A DNA stretch of 64,000 bases, from the NCBI GenBank assembly GCA_963812155.1, contig CAWETW010000004.1, positions 32,001-96,000 of the forward strand, written 5' to 3'. Made by a program: the position numbers and the translations under genes. Below the pieces are notes generated by a model. It did no database searches. It was not told where the DNA came from and saw nothing but the letters and a program-made list of their open reading frames with translations. How positions within the stretch are numbered: the stretch's first letter is position 1; each line of letters opens with the position of its first letter. This document shows positions 20,465 through 32,481 of this stretch, one piece after another. The stretch comes from Vulcanimicrobiota bacterium (GTDB lineage: Bacteria; Vulcanimicrobiota; Vulcanimicrobiia; Vulcanimicrobiales; Vulcanimicrobiaceae).

Positions 20465-22460
20465 GCGGTCGCTCCGACGGCTTGCGGTGCGGGCTCGCTG
20501 TCGCGCAGCGCAGATAGCGTGGGATCGTGCCGCCACGTCCCTCCGCCCGAAAGAATCGCGGCCGGCGGCGCAGCGTTCGCCGGCGTTTCGCCGTCGTCGA
20601 AGCGCTCGTCGCCGAAGGCGATCCCTTCGGGAATGCGCGCGGCATTGCCGACCACCGCGGCGTCGAGCGCGCCGGCGGCCGGCAACGCGACGTCGAACCG
20701 TTCGGCGAGTCCGACGATCATCTCGAAATCGGAGAGCGTACCATCGGGCGCTTCGAGCGCGGCGTCGACCGGAAGCAGATCGCCGGCGAGATTGAGGATC
20801 GTCCCGCTTTTCTCGAACGCACCTTTGGCCGGAAGCACGAGCGTCGCCAGCGACGCCGTTTCCGTCAGGAAGAGATCGCTGACCACGAGGAACGGGATCT
20901 TTGCAAGCGCGTTCGCCACGGCGCTCCCGTCCGGCGCGTTGCGCACCGGATTCGCGCCGAAGATCGAGAGCGCCGACAGCTCGCCGCGGTCGGCGGCGGC
21001 AAACATCGCCCGGGCGTCGTTGCCAGGGGGTCCGCGGCTGCGTAGCCCGGACCGAAAGCAGGCAGCATGCCCATCGCTTCGGCGCCGCGCGCGTTGCCTT
21101 GTTCGCTCGCAATGTACGTCGAAAACTCCGCGAAGCCGGCAAGCGCGCCGGCAAAGGCGCGCGCGGAAGCCGAATCGATGCCGTCCCACAGCAGCGCGAC
21201 GCGGCTTGCATCCTTCGGGATCGCGGCCCGCGCGTCGGCAGGCGAGTTCGCGCGAACGACGACCGCGCCGGCGTGCAGCGCCGCTTTGCGGACGCGCAGC
21301 CACATCACCGGCGCGCGCTCTTCGATCGCGTCGCCCGCCAATGACGATCGCTTGCGCGCGCTCGATCGCGGCGAGCGCGCCACCCTTCGGGCCGGGCGTC
21401 GCCTGACGCTGGCGCCCGGCGCGCCAATCGAGATTCGTCACGCCGATCGCGCGGAACAGGTGCTGCAGCACGTACGCTTCTTCGTTGGTCAGCCGGCCGC
21501 CGCCGATCGCGCCGGCGCTTGCGGCGCCGCTGCGGCGTCGCACCGCGCAATCGCCTTTGCCCACAGCGCGAATGCGTCGTCCCAGCCGATCTGCACGAAT
21601 CCGCCGCCCTTGCGCAGCAGCGGCTGCGTCAGCCGATCCGGCGAGGCGTAGAAGCCGATGTTGTAGCGCCCGCGATCGCAGAGCCAGCCGTCGGAGATCG
21701 CGTCGTCGTGTTCGACCGACATGCGTGCGCAGCAGCGTCCCGTAGCGCACGTCCGACGTACTGCCTGACATCCGACCGCGCACTGCGTGCAGCTCGTCTG
21801 CGTGCGGTCGAGATCCCACGGGCGCGACTTGAAGCGGTACGTCTTCGACGTGAGCGCACCGACCGGACAGAGCTCGGTGACGTTGCCGGTAAAGTTGTGG
21901 TGGTACGGATCGTCGGTTGCGGTCGCGATGATGTCGTGTACGCCGCGATCCTTGACGACGAGCTGCTTTTCGCCGGCGATGATGTCGTCGAAGCGCACGC
22001 AGCGCTGACAGACGACGCAGCGCTCTTCGTCGAGCACGATCGTCGGCCCGAGATCGACGGCCTTCGGCTTGCGCGTCTTCGGATCGACGACGTCCGAGTC
22101 GCCGCGCGCGTAGGCCATCGCGTAGTCTTGCAGGTCGCATTCGCCGCCCTTGTCGCAGATCGGACAGTCGAGCGGGTGATTGACGAGCAGCAGTTCGAGA
22201 ATCATCGCGCGTCCGGCTTCGACCGCTCGCTCCGCGTGTGCACGACCATGCCTTCCGCTGCCGGCGTATTGCAGGCGATCTGCAGCTTCGGCATGCCTTC
22301 GATTTCGACCAAGCAGACGCGGCAGAGGCCGGCCGGCCCGAGCTTGGTGTGATAGCAGTAGACCGGAATCTCTTGCTTGACGCTCTTCGCCGCCTCCACG
22401 AGCAACGTGCCCTTCGGCACGGCAGACGGGAACGCCGTCGATCGTAAGGTTGACGTTCAT
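20461..22460 (-). CDS. nuoG: NADH-quinone oxidoreductase subunit G, frameshifted in this sequence
   Basis: [46 protein letters not shown] and WLCDRGR motifs; molybdopterin-oxidoreductase-like C-terminus EKSGT. Confidence 0.92.
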
Positions 22461-23733
22461 GCCGTCACCATTTGCCGCAACGTGCGGGAACGCGGTCTTT
22501 GAACTGCTGCGGAAAGCGCAGCAAGACCGACTTCAGGAACGGTTCGATCGAGTCGCCGAGCGCGCAGAGATTCAAACCGGTGATCGTTCGCGGACACGCG
22601 CAACATCATGTCGTAGTCGCCCGCAACGCCGCGGCCGTCGACCAGACGCTCGAGCACGCGTTCGAGCCAGTGGCCGCCTTCGCGACACGGCGTGCACTGA
22701 CCGCACGACTCGTGCGCGAAGAAGCGCACCAAGTTATGCGCCGCTTTCACGAAGTCGGTCGTGTCGTCGAAGACGACGAACGCGCCCGAACCGAGCATCG
22801 AACCGGCCTTCGCCATGCTCTCGTAGTCGTACGGCAAGATCGAGGTGTTCCTCGAAGATGCAGGCCGACGAACCGCCGCCCGGCTGCACCGCCATGAACG
22901 TGCGGCCCGGAGCGCAGACCGCCCGCCAGATCTCGATGAGTTCGCGCACGGTCGTGCCGAGCGGAACTTCGTAGTTGCCGGGCTTCTGCACGTGCCCCGA
23001 AACCGAGACGATCTTGTAGCCTTTGCTGCGCTCGGTGCCGACCGCTGCGAACCACTCGGCGCCGCGCTCGAGAATCGGCACGAGATACGCCAGCGTTTCG
23101 ACGTTGTTCACGACGGTCGGCTCACCGTAGAGGCCTTCGATCGCCGGGAACGGCGGTTTCAGACGCGGCTCGCCGCGTTTGCCTTCGAGCGAATTGAGCA
23201 ACCCGGTCTCTTCACCGCAGATGTAGGCGCCGGCGCCGCGATGGACGGTCACCTCGATATCGAAGTCGCTGCCGAAGATGTTCTTGCCGACGAGACCGGC
23301 CGCGCGCGCCTGCTCGAGCGCGGCGCATAAAGATCTCGTAGCCGCGTTTGAATTCGCCGCGAATGTAGATGAATGCGTGATGGCAGCCGATGCCGTACGC
23401 GCCGAGCAGCATGCCCTCGAGCACCAGATGCGGCGTCTCTTCGAGCAGCATGTGATCCTTGAACGTGCCGGGCTCGGCTTCGTCGCAGTTGCAGACGAGG
23501 TAACGCAGGTCTTTGTCGGTCGGCAAGAACGACCACTTGCGCCCGGTCGGGAAACCGGCGCCGCCGCGGCCGCGCAAACCGGATTTATCCGCGCAGATCC
23601 AACACGTCGGCCGGCTGCAGCTCGCGAACCGCGCGTTCCCACTGCGCGGTATCCGCCACGTTGGCGATACACGTCGATGTCGCGCAGATTCGGCTTCGCC
23701 GATTCCGGCGGTGAAAACCTTAGTGACCGGCAT
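22457..23733 (-). CDS. nuoF: NADH-quinone oxidoreductase subunit F, frameshifted in this sequence
   Basis: [40 protein letters not shown] and [13 protein letters not shown] motifs. Confidence 0.93.
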
Positions 23734-24507
23734 GGCCGTTCTCCCGCTTCGTCCGACCACGTCGACGACCGCGCGCGAATCGTGCACGGCACGCTCCCGC
23801 GTGCGCGCGTGAAGAAGACGTCGCGCGTTGACGATGCGGTCGAGCATGATCACGCCGCTCGGTCGCCGACGCCGCCGGCGTTGTTCGGGTTCGAGACGCC
23901 GATCGCGCCCGGCGATTTGCGGCCGGTCCCACTTGCTCGTCTTGGCGGACTTCCCACGTGCGTCCGGGCGTCGTCGGTTTGCACCAGCGGCTTCGACGTC
24001 GTACGTGCCGGCGCGCATCGCGATCGAGCATCTCGTCGATCATCGCCGGCGTGAGGTCGTAGACGAACTCCAGGTTCACCTGCATGCACGGCGCGCGGTC
24101 GCACGCCGCCAGACACTCGACTTCTTCGTACGAGAACAGTCCGTCGTCGGTCGTTTCGAGGTGACCGACGCCGAGCTTCTCGCGAAAGTACGCCATGATG
24201 TCTTCGGCGCCGTTGATCGCGCACGAGAGCCCGCGGCAGACTTGCAGCATGTACTTGCCGACCGGCCGGCGGAAGAACAGCGTGTAGAACGAGACCGTCG
24301 ACTCGACGACGGCCGGCGTAAGGTCGAGCAGTTCCGCATGCCGCAACGCGCATCGGCGCTGACGTAGCCTTCGTGCTGCTTGAAAGAGGTGCACCGAGCA
24401 TCAGCAGCGCCGAGCGCTTGTGCTCGTACTGCGCGATAATCCGCGTCACACTCCGGCCGCAGCCGTTCGAACAGCGACGGAAAGTCGCGCGTCGCGGCGC
24501 CCGTGCA

Positions 24508-24508
<1 letters not shown>
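23720..24508 (-). CDS. nuoE: NADH-quinone oxidoreductase subunit E, frameshifted in this sequence
   Basis: [15 protein letters not shown] and [12 protein letters not shown] 2Fe-2S motifs; boundaries approximate. Confidence 0.88.
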
Positions 24509-25726
<1,218 letters not shown>

Positions 25727-25728
25727 CG

Positions 25729-26341
25729 TCACTTTCCGCTGCCCTCGCGAACGCGCTTGACTTGATCTTGCAGCGCTTCGAGCGTGCGGCCCGACGGCGG
25801 CGTGCCGGCGCGCACGTTGCTCTTGAGCGCGAACGCCGGTCGCGGCGCGCGCTCGCGCGCCGGGCCGCGCAGCGGGATAATCCTTGCGCAGCGGATGGCC
25901 TTCCCAGTCGTAGGGCATTTGAATGCGGCGCAGGTCGGCGTGACCGTCGAAGACGATGCCGAAAAGATCGAAGATTTCGCGCTCGGCCCAATCGGCGGAT
26001 TTGCCACAAGATCGATGACGCTCGGCAAATGCGGCGGATCGCCTTCGACGCCGCACAAGCACGCGCACGCGCGCCGGCGTACCCGATCTCGGCGACGCTC
26101 GCCGGCTTTGGGCGCGAGCTTCAAAAGATGATAGACGACGTCGAAGCGCGGCTCGCGCTCCAAGATAGTCGACGGCGCCGAGGTCGAGCAGCATCGCGAA
26201 GCCGTCGTCCTTGAGCGCCGCCAGACGCGCTCGAAGCGCCGACGGCTCGACGCGCTCGATGATGGCATCGTCGATCGCCGGCCGCAGGCTCGGCGGATCG
26301 ATCGCGGCGCCCGCAATCGGCGGCGTTTGCGTACTGGGCAT
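25729..26341 (-). CDS. nuoC: NADH-quinone oxidoreductase subunit C, frameshifted in this sequence
   Basis: [17 protein letters not shown] and [36 protein letters not shown] motifs. Confidence 0.92.
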
Positions 26342-26354
26342 TGCTGTTATCTCT

Positions 26355-26834
26355 CTACGACCGGGCCAAGATGCCGCCGCGGCCGCCTTCGCGGATCTGC
26401 TGTTGAATCAGGTTGACGGCGTAGAGCAACCCGTCGGGCGTCGGCGGACAGCCCGGCACGTAGACGTCGACGGGAATGATCGTGTCGATGCCTTGAACGA
26501 TGGCGTAGTTGTCGAAGATGCCGCCCGAACTGGCGCAGGCGCCCATCGAGATCACCCACTTCGGATCGGCCATCTGGTCGTAGAGCCGCTTGACGACCGG
26601 CGCCATCTTCTGGGCGACGCGTCCCGAGACGATCATGAGATCCGCCTGACGCGGCGAACTGCGAAATACTTCGGACCCCAGACGCGCGATGTCGTACTCG
26701 GCCGACGTCACCGTCATCATCTCGATGGCGCAGCACGCGAGCCCCATCGTCAGCGGCCAGACCGACGAACTCTGCGCCCAGCGCGCGACGTCGTCGAGTT
26801 TGGCGAGCATGAACTGACCCGGCCCTGCGCTCAT
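26355..26834 (-). CDS. nuoB: NADH-quinone oxidoreductase subunit B
   Basis: [27 protein letters not shown] and DVYVPGCPP motifs. Confidence 0.95.
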   Translation of the reverse strand: MSAGPGQFMLAKLDDVARWAQSSSVWPLTMGLACCAIEMMTVTSAEYDIARLGSEVFRSSPRQADLMIVSGRVAQKMAPVVKRLYDQMADPKWVISMGACASSGGIFDNYAIVQGIDTIIPVDVYVPGCPPTPDGLLYAVNLIQQQIREGGRGGILARS

Positions 26835-26838
26835 CGCG

Positions 26839-27192
26839 TCACCGCCATGCGAAGCCGCCCTTCTTCCACACGTAGGCATATCCAATTGCGAGCACGATGA
26901 TGAAGACGACCATTTCGACCAGTCCGAAAACGCGCAGCGCGTGCATCTGCACGGCCCACGGATAGAACGATGCCGCTTCGACGTCGAAGATCACGAACAG
27001 CATCGCGATGAGATAGAACCGCACCGGAAAGCGACCGGAAACCGCGGACGTCGGTTCGACGCCGCATTCGTAGGCTTCGAGCTTTTGCGGATTGGGTTTG
27101 CGCCGCTGCAGCAGACCGGGCAGCACCGTGAAGAGCACGGCTGCCGCGAACGCGACGCAGAGATAGATCGCAACGGGACCGTACGGGTTCAT
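26839..27192 (-). CDS. nuoA: NADH-quinone oxidoreductase subunit A
   Basis: [19 protein letters not shown] and YVWKKG motifs. Confidence 0.95.
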   Translation of the reverse strand: MNPYGPVAIYLCVAFAAAVLFTVLPGLLQRRKPNPQKLEAYECGVEPTSAVSGRFPVRFYLIAMLFVIFDVEAASFYPWAVQMHALRVFGLVEMVVFIIVLAIGYAYVWKKGGFAWR

Positions 27193-27216
27193 GGCTTGTG
27201 ACACTTTTCACAAGCC
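27193..27216. promoter_or_regulatory. Palindromic operator (Rex-like / CRP-FNR-like) directly upstream of nuoA
   Basis: GGCTTGTGA-CACTTT-TCACAAGCC; core TTGTGACACTTTTCACAA is one mismatch from Rex TTGTGAA-N4-TTCACAA and fits TGTGA-N6-TCACA. Confidence 0.7.
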
Positions 27217-27293
27217 TCGTCCGGGAACCTGGGACCGCCTCGCGACGGCGGCCAGGCAGGCCGTTACCCGGTACGCTCCCAAATCCCGCACGT

Positions 27294-28490
27294 GTGGAAC
27301 GAAGGGACTTCTTACTCTCAGTAGGAGCGGCGGCTTTCACGTATCCGCTTCTCGGTGCGGCGCCGGCCATGCAGGACGCCGAGCCTTTGGGGCGCGCGCT
27401 GGTCCTGAGCGGCGGAGGCGCGCGGGGAGCGTACGAGGCGGGCATTATCAACGCGTTGGCTGCCGCGGGTCACGTGGCGGACGGCACCGCGCTCGCCCCC
27501 TACGAACTGGTCTGCGGCACCTCGATCGGCGCCTTGAACGGATGGTTCGTCGCGACCGGACAGTACGCGAAGCTGCACGATCTGTGGTATGGCATCAGCG
27601 GGCAACAGCTTATTCGCCCGAAGCAGCAGTATCAAGCCGTGCGCGATCCGCAGAGCGGCCTGTTCAATCGGGCTGCGTCCGCCGTGAGCCTCATGGGTCT
27701 CACGAAAAACCAAAAAGGTGTTCTGCAAAACGAGCCCGTGTACGACTGGATCGTCAGCAACGTCGATGCAAAGACGCCGCTGGTGATGCCGCTGGTCTGG
27801 GCAGTGACCAACCTGGATCGGCAGCGTCCCGAATACTTCTACGTGCGCCCCGCCGGCAGCGGCGACCGATTGCCCGAGCGCGTGGTGCACGCCCTGCAGT
27901 TGACGCTCGGACCGCACACGGTCGTGCGCGAAGCGACGCCCGACATTCTCCACCGCGCCATCTTTGCGTCGGCCGCGATTCCGATCGCCTTCGACCCGGT
28001 GATCATGCCGGGTACCGACGGGCACGACGCATCGTATTGCGACGGCGGCGTCGCCAGCAACTCGCCCGTCGGCATCGCGCACTCGGTCGCCAAAGCGGCC
28101 GACGTCGTGCTGCTCGACCCGGAACTCGACGGGGACGAAGACTACAAGGATGCCATCGAGATCGCTTTCGGCGTCTTCGGAACGATGCAACGCAAGATTC
28201 TGGAAGTCGAAATGCGGAACACGTACTTCCAGTCGCAGGGCAAGCGTGCCCTCACAACCCTTACCCCCGAGGAGCGCGGACGCGCAGCGCAGGCGCTCGG
28301 CTCCACGGCCGGCTTTATGGAGTCGCTCGTCGAAACGAGCCTCCGATACATTCGGCCCGAGCAGACGCTTCCGTTGAGCGTCGCCGGATTTAACGACGAA
28401 GTCGGAATCGGCAAGGCGTACCGGATCGGATGGGAAGACGTCACGCTGCGTGGATTCAGGAATTACGACTGGCAAACGTTTCGACTGTAA
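27294..28490 (+). CDS. Patatin-like phospholipase with Tat signal peptide
   Basis: ERRDFL twin-arginine motif; LSGGGARG, GTSIG (catalytic Ser) and DGG motifs. Confidence 0.88.
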   Translation: MERRDFLLSVGAAAFTYPLLGAAPAMQDAEPLGRALVLSGGGARGAYEAGIINALAAAGHVADGTALAPYELVCGTSIGALNGWFVATGQYAKLHDLWYGISGQQLIRPKQQYQAVRDPQSGLFNRAASAVSLMGLTKNQKGVLQNEPVYDWIVSNVDAKTPLVMPLVWAVTNLDRQRPEYFYVRPAGSGDRLPERVVHALQLTLGPHTVVREATPDILHRAIFASAAIPIAFDPVIMPGTDGHDASYCDGGVASNSPVGIAHSVAKAADVVLLDPELDGDEDYKDAIEIAFGVFGTMQRKILEVEMRNTYFQSQGKRALTTLTPEERGRAAQALGSTAGFMESLVETSLRYIRPEQTLPLSVAGFNDEVGIGKAYRIGWEDVTLRGFRNYDWQTFRL

Positions 28491-28506
28491 GCGTATAATG
28501 ACGTCG

Positions 28507-29019
28507 ATGCGGTATTTCGTGCTGGGAATGGTCGTGCTCTTCGCACTGGGCGACGGATGTTCGCCCTCGCCGGGCGTGGTCGGCGTGCAGGATTACGGAC
28601 AGGTCGTCGGCCGCGTTCTCGACGCGATGACGAATCGTCCGATTCCGGCCGCGATCGTTTCGGTCGGGTCGCTCTACACGACGTCGGCCGACGCGCGCGG
28701 CGCGTTCGTGTTGACCCGCGTCCCCGCCGGCGATCAAACGGTGACGGCGCGCGCTCCCGGCTATGCGCCCGCCGGCGGCGACGTGACGGTGCTCAAAGAT
28801 CGCTCGGAATCGGTCGGCTACGTCCGGCTCGTGCCGCTCGTTCACGCCGCCGGTCAAGCGACGCTCGCACCCCCGCCGACCCCCACGCCGGCTCCGGTGC
28901 CGACCGCCGAAGTTCCGGCCCCGGGCGCGAGTCCCGGCGCAAGCACGATGCCTCCAACGACTGCGCCGGCGGGGCCGAGCGTTCCGCCTGCAGCACCGAG
29001 CGCGACCCCGTCGGCTTAG
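28507..29019 (+). CDS. Putative lipoprotein with carboxypeptidase-regulatory-like (Cna-B type) domain and Pro-rich tail
   Basis: Hydrophobic N-terminus then Cys; GRVLDAMTNRPIPAAIV, GAFVLTRVPAG and ARAPGY beta-sandwich pattern; ATG at 28498 is an alternative start. Confidence 0.7.
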   Translation: MRYFVLGMVVLFALGDGCSPSPGVVGVQDYGQVVGRVLDAMTNRPIPAAIVSVGSLYTTSADARGAFVLTRVPAGDQTVTARAPGYAPAGGDVTVLKDRSESVGYVRLVPLVHAAGQATLAPPPTPTPAPVPTAEVPAPGASPGASTMPPTTAPAGPSVPPAAPSATPSA

Positions 29020-29028
29020 GACGTGCGC

Positions 29029-30618
29029 TTAACTTAAACGCAGCGCCGCGAGGTCGAGGTCGTACTCGATCGAGCGAAAAATATCGTCGGGAATTTCGCC
29101 GGCCCCGCGCATCTGCGTAATCGTCCGGCGTTCCGCATCGAGCGCCGCCTTCTGCAACCGTCGATCGACGCGACTCTCGTTTTCGAACTGCTTCTCGTCC
29201 TTTTCGGCTTTGCCGCGCAACACGGCGATTCGATGCTCGTACTCGTCGATGATTCGTGCGACGATTTCGAGGTTGGATCCGTCGTCGTGACGGCGCTGCT
29301 CGTCGCGCATTCGCACGATGCCGGATTCGAGCGCGCGAATACGCAACCGCGCCTCGCGCCGCTGGCCTTTGCTCGTTTCTGTGAGCCCGAGCCATTCGAT
29401 CAGCGGACGCAGCGTCAAGCCCTGCAGCACCAGCGTGACGAACACGACGCACACGGTGAAAAATACCGTCGCGCCTCGCTGCGGGAAGGGCTGGTCGCCG
29501 AGCGTGTACGGCAACGCGAGCGCGGCGGCGAGCGAGACGATGCCGCGCATTCCCGACCAGCCGATGACGGCGATTGCGCGCCACGACGGGTTCGGATCGC
29601 GCTCGCGAAGACGCTTGCTGAAGACGCGCGGCAAGTACGTCGCCGGAAAGACCCAGACGAGGCGCACGACGATGACGAGCACGACGATCATCAAACCGTA
29701 CAGCGCGTAATCGCGAACGTGAGGCTCGAGTTCGCCGACGATTGCGGGCAACTGCAGGCCGATGAGCAGAAATGCGAACGCATTGAGGACGTAGGTCAGC
29801 ACGCGCCAGACCGACGATCCGACTAAGCGCGTCTCGGAATCGATGAAGAGTCGCGATCGCCAGCTCAGCACGATTCCCGAGGTTACCGCCGCGAGGACGC
29901 CGGAGACCTTGAGTTCGTCGGCCGGTAAATAAGCGGCGAACGGCGCGAGCAGAAATAGGACGCTCGCAATCGTCGGGTCGTCGAAGCCGTGCCGCTGCAA
30001 ATAGCGGAGTACGCCCTCGAGAACGAGCGCGACGGCGACGCCGATCAGCACGCCGCCGACGGCAACCACTGCAACGGCCACGGAGGCCCGGGCCAAGGAG
30101 AACGCGCCCGAGACGAGCGCCACGAGTGCGAAACGATAGAGCACGAGCGCGGTCGCGTCGTTCACCAGACACTCGCCTAAGATGATGGCCGCGATGCGCC
30201 GCGGGACAGGAATGCGTTCGAAGATCGCTTCGGCCGCGACGGCGTCGGGCGGCGAGACGATCGCTCCAAGCGTAAATGCGAGCGGCCATCCGAATCCGGG
30301 AATGACCGCGTGCACGGTCACGGCGACCACGACGGTCGTGAAGACGACTAAGCCGAAGGCCAGCAGGGAGATCGGGCGCCAGTTCCGCCTGAGTTCGATC
30401 CAGTCGGTCGCCCACGCCGCGCTGTAGAGCAGCGGCGGCAGCACGATCAGCAGCACGATGTCGGGATCGAAATGCGGATGCGGGAGATGGCGTGCGAACG
30501 CGAGCGCGATGCCGCCGACGACGAACGAAATCGGATACGGGACGTTCAACCGTTTTGCTGCCACGCTCAGCACGATGACCGCGCTGAGAAACGTGACGAG
30601 AATCAGCGCGTCGTTCAT
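29029..30618 (-). CDS. Na+/H+ antiporter, CPA1 family
   Basis: VLPPLLYSAA, GAIVSPPDAVA, GECLVNDAT and WSGMRGIVSLAAAL motifs. Confidence 0.92.
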   Translation of the reverse strand: MNDALILVTFLSAVIVLSVAAKRLNVPYPISFVVGGIALAFARHLPHPHFDPDIVLLIVLPPLLYSAAWATDWIELRRNWRPISLLAFGLVVFTTVVVAVTVHAVIPGFGWPLAFTLGAIVSPPDAVAAEAIFERIPVPRRIAAIILGECLVNDATALVLYRFALVALVSGAFSLARASVAVAVVAVGGVLIGVAVALVLEGVLRYLQRHGFDDPTIASVLFLLAPFAAYLPADELKVSGVLAAVTSGIVLSWRSRLFIDSETRLVGSSVWRVLTYVLNAFAFLLIGLQLPAIVGELEPHVRDYALYGLMIVVLVIVVRLVWVFPATYLPRVFSKRLRERDPNPSWRAIAVIGWSGMRGIVSLAAALALPYTLGDQPFPQRGATVFFTVCVVFVTLVLQGLTLRPLIEWLGLTETSKGQRREARLRIRALESGIVRMRDEQRRHDDGSNLEIVARIIDEYEHRIAVLRGKAEKDEKQFENESRVDRRLQKAALDAERRTITQMRGAGEIPDDIFRSIEYDLDLAALRLS

Positions 30619-30704
30619 CTGCCTGCGTGTGCTGCGGTTTTCATCGCGCGCCGCTATTTCGTCACTGGGCGGCTTCGCGCCCCGCTTCGTCGAATCGGAA
30701 CGGC

Positions 30705-31778
30705 GTGGTGGCCAACGGTCTGAGCGTCGCCGCCGGCGTGGCGCTCGTCTTGCTGACGATGAACGACGTCTTCCAGTCGGTCATCGTTCCGCGCGCGGTC
30801 GGACGCCGTTGGCGCGTGAGTTTCTACGCCTGGCGCTGGGCTTGGCGCGCGTGGCCGCCGCTCACCTGGAAGCTCGGGCGCTACGACGCAGAGCGTCGCG
30901 AAGATCTGCTCGCGTATTTCGCGCCGGGCATGTTGGTCGGACTGATTGCGCTGTGGGGCGTGCTGCTGGTATTTGGATTCGGCGCAATCATGTGGGGCCT
31001 TCGCGGAGGCCTCGCGCCGCAAGTTCATTCGTTCTGGGCCGCCGCGTATTTCGCGGGCACGGCCCTCACGACGATCGGGTTCGGCGACATCGCGGGCCGC
31101 ACCGCGGGGACGCGCTTCTTCTCGGTCGTCGCCGGAGCGACGGGGTTGGGTTTCTTCGCCGTCCTCACCGCGTATTTGTTCGCGCTGATCGGCTCGTTTC
31201 AAGCCCGCGAAACCTTCATCGTGATGCTCGGCGCGCGTACCGGCACGCCGCCGAGCGGCGTCGATTTGCTCGCGGTTGCCGGCTATTCGCAGACGGCCGG
31301 CGATCTCGAGCGCATCTTCGTCGACGCGCAGCGCTGGACGGCACAGCTGATGGAGAGCCATCTTGCCTATCCGGTGCTCTCCTACTTTCGCTCGAGTCAC
31401 GACTATCAATCGTGGGTCGGAACGCTCGGCACGCTGCTCGATGCGGCAACGTTGCTGATCACGACGGTCGAAGGCGCGCGCGGGGGAGAAGCCCGCATCT
31501 TCTACAACATCGGACGCCACGCAACGCACGATCTATCGCGCTACATTCTCGTTGTGCCCGAAGGGCCGCACAGCGGCCTCGAGCGCACCGAGTTCGATGC
31601 CGCCTGCGAGCGGCTCTCGCACGCAGGGCTGCCGTTGCGCGAGCGTGACGATGCATGGCAGCGCTTTTCGTCGATGCGCGCGGGCTACGCGCCGCACCTC
31701 AACGCGCTCGCGCGCTTCTTTGAAATCCCTCCGCTGCAATGGGTCGGCGACCGCGGCCCCGTAACCGGGCCGCACTAG
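30705..31778 (+). CDS. Two-TM potassium channel family protein
   Basis: YFAGTALTTIGFGD selectivity-filter motif; ESHLAYPVLSYFRS; start approximate. Confidence 0.85.
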   Translation: MVANGLSVAAGVALVLLTMNDVFQSVIVPRAVGRRWRVSFYAWRWAWRAWPPLTWKLGRYDAERREDLLAYFAPGMLVGLIALWGVLLVFGFGAIMWGLRGGLAPQVHSFWAAAYFAGTALTTIGFGDIAGRTAGTRFFSVVAGATGLGFFAVLTAYLFALIGSFQARETFIVMLGARTGTPPSGVDLLAVAGYSQTAGDLERIFVDAQRWTAQLMESHLAYPVLSYFRSSHDYQSWVGTLGTLLDAATLLITTVEGARGGEARIFYNIGRHATHDLSRYILVVPEGPHSGLERTEFDAACERLSHAGLPLRERDDAWQRFSSMRAGYAPHLNALARFFEIPPLQWVGDRGPVTGPH

Positions 31779-31785
31779 GGAACTC

Positions 31786-32481
31786 CTAGAATCCGTGGGT
31801 GGCGTCGGCCTTGTGGAGAAATTTTTTGGCGTCGTCGATAGGAACGCCGAAGCCGATGCTCGGTTCGGATTCGAAACGTGAGTCGGCGAGTCCGAAAATT
31901 TCGCCCGTATCCGTAAAGAAGAGCGGCCCGCCGCTGTCGCCGGGAACGATTGACGTCGTGACCTCGAGCGCATCCTTGCGAATCGACGAAAGGAGCCCGG
32001 AAGTCAGCGAAGTCGCCAAGCCGAGCCCTTCGTCGCCGAACTCGTCGGGTACGGGGTAGCCGAGCAGCGCAATCTCGCGTCCAACCTGCGATTGCAGATG
32101 CGACGACGAACCGAGCCGCACGATCGGAAGGTTCGGACGGCGCGTGCGCACGAGCGCGAGATCGAGGGCGGAATTCGAAGCGACCACGCGCGCCGGCGTG
32201 CGCGTTTTATTCCCCGACGTCACGTTGAGATTCCACGCACCATCGATGGCGTGCTGCACGGTGAGGACGTCGCTGCCCCACGCTCCAGACGCGACCACGA
32301 AGCCGGTCGCGTAGGCGTCGTCGTATCCATCCTTCTTGTGCTCGGGCGGAATGCGCATGCTCAGCAGCACCACCGACGGCATAATGCCGCGCGCCGCCGC
32401 GACCAGGGCGTCGTCGCCGTTGCGCGTGCAGGCGGCTCCCAAGAGCGACAGCACAACGCACGCGCCGAGCAGGCGCGTCAC
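31786..32481 (-). CDS. Trypsin-like serine protease, probable lipoprotein
   Basis: LTVQHAI (His), DLALV (Asp) and PGDSGGPLF (Ser); LGAAC lipobox. Confidence 0.85.
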   Translation of the reverse strand: MTRLLGACVVLSLLGAACTRNGDDALVAAARGIMPSVVLLSMRIPPEHKKDGYDDAYATGFVVASGAWGSDVLTVQHAIDGAWNLNVTSGNKTRTPARVVASNSALDLALVRTRRPNLPIVRLGSSSHLQSQVGREIALLGYPVPDEFGDEGLGLATSLTSGLLSSIRKDALEVTTSIVPGDSGGPLFFTDTGEIFGLADSRFESEPSIGFGVPIDDAKKFLHKADATHGF

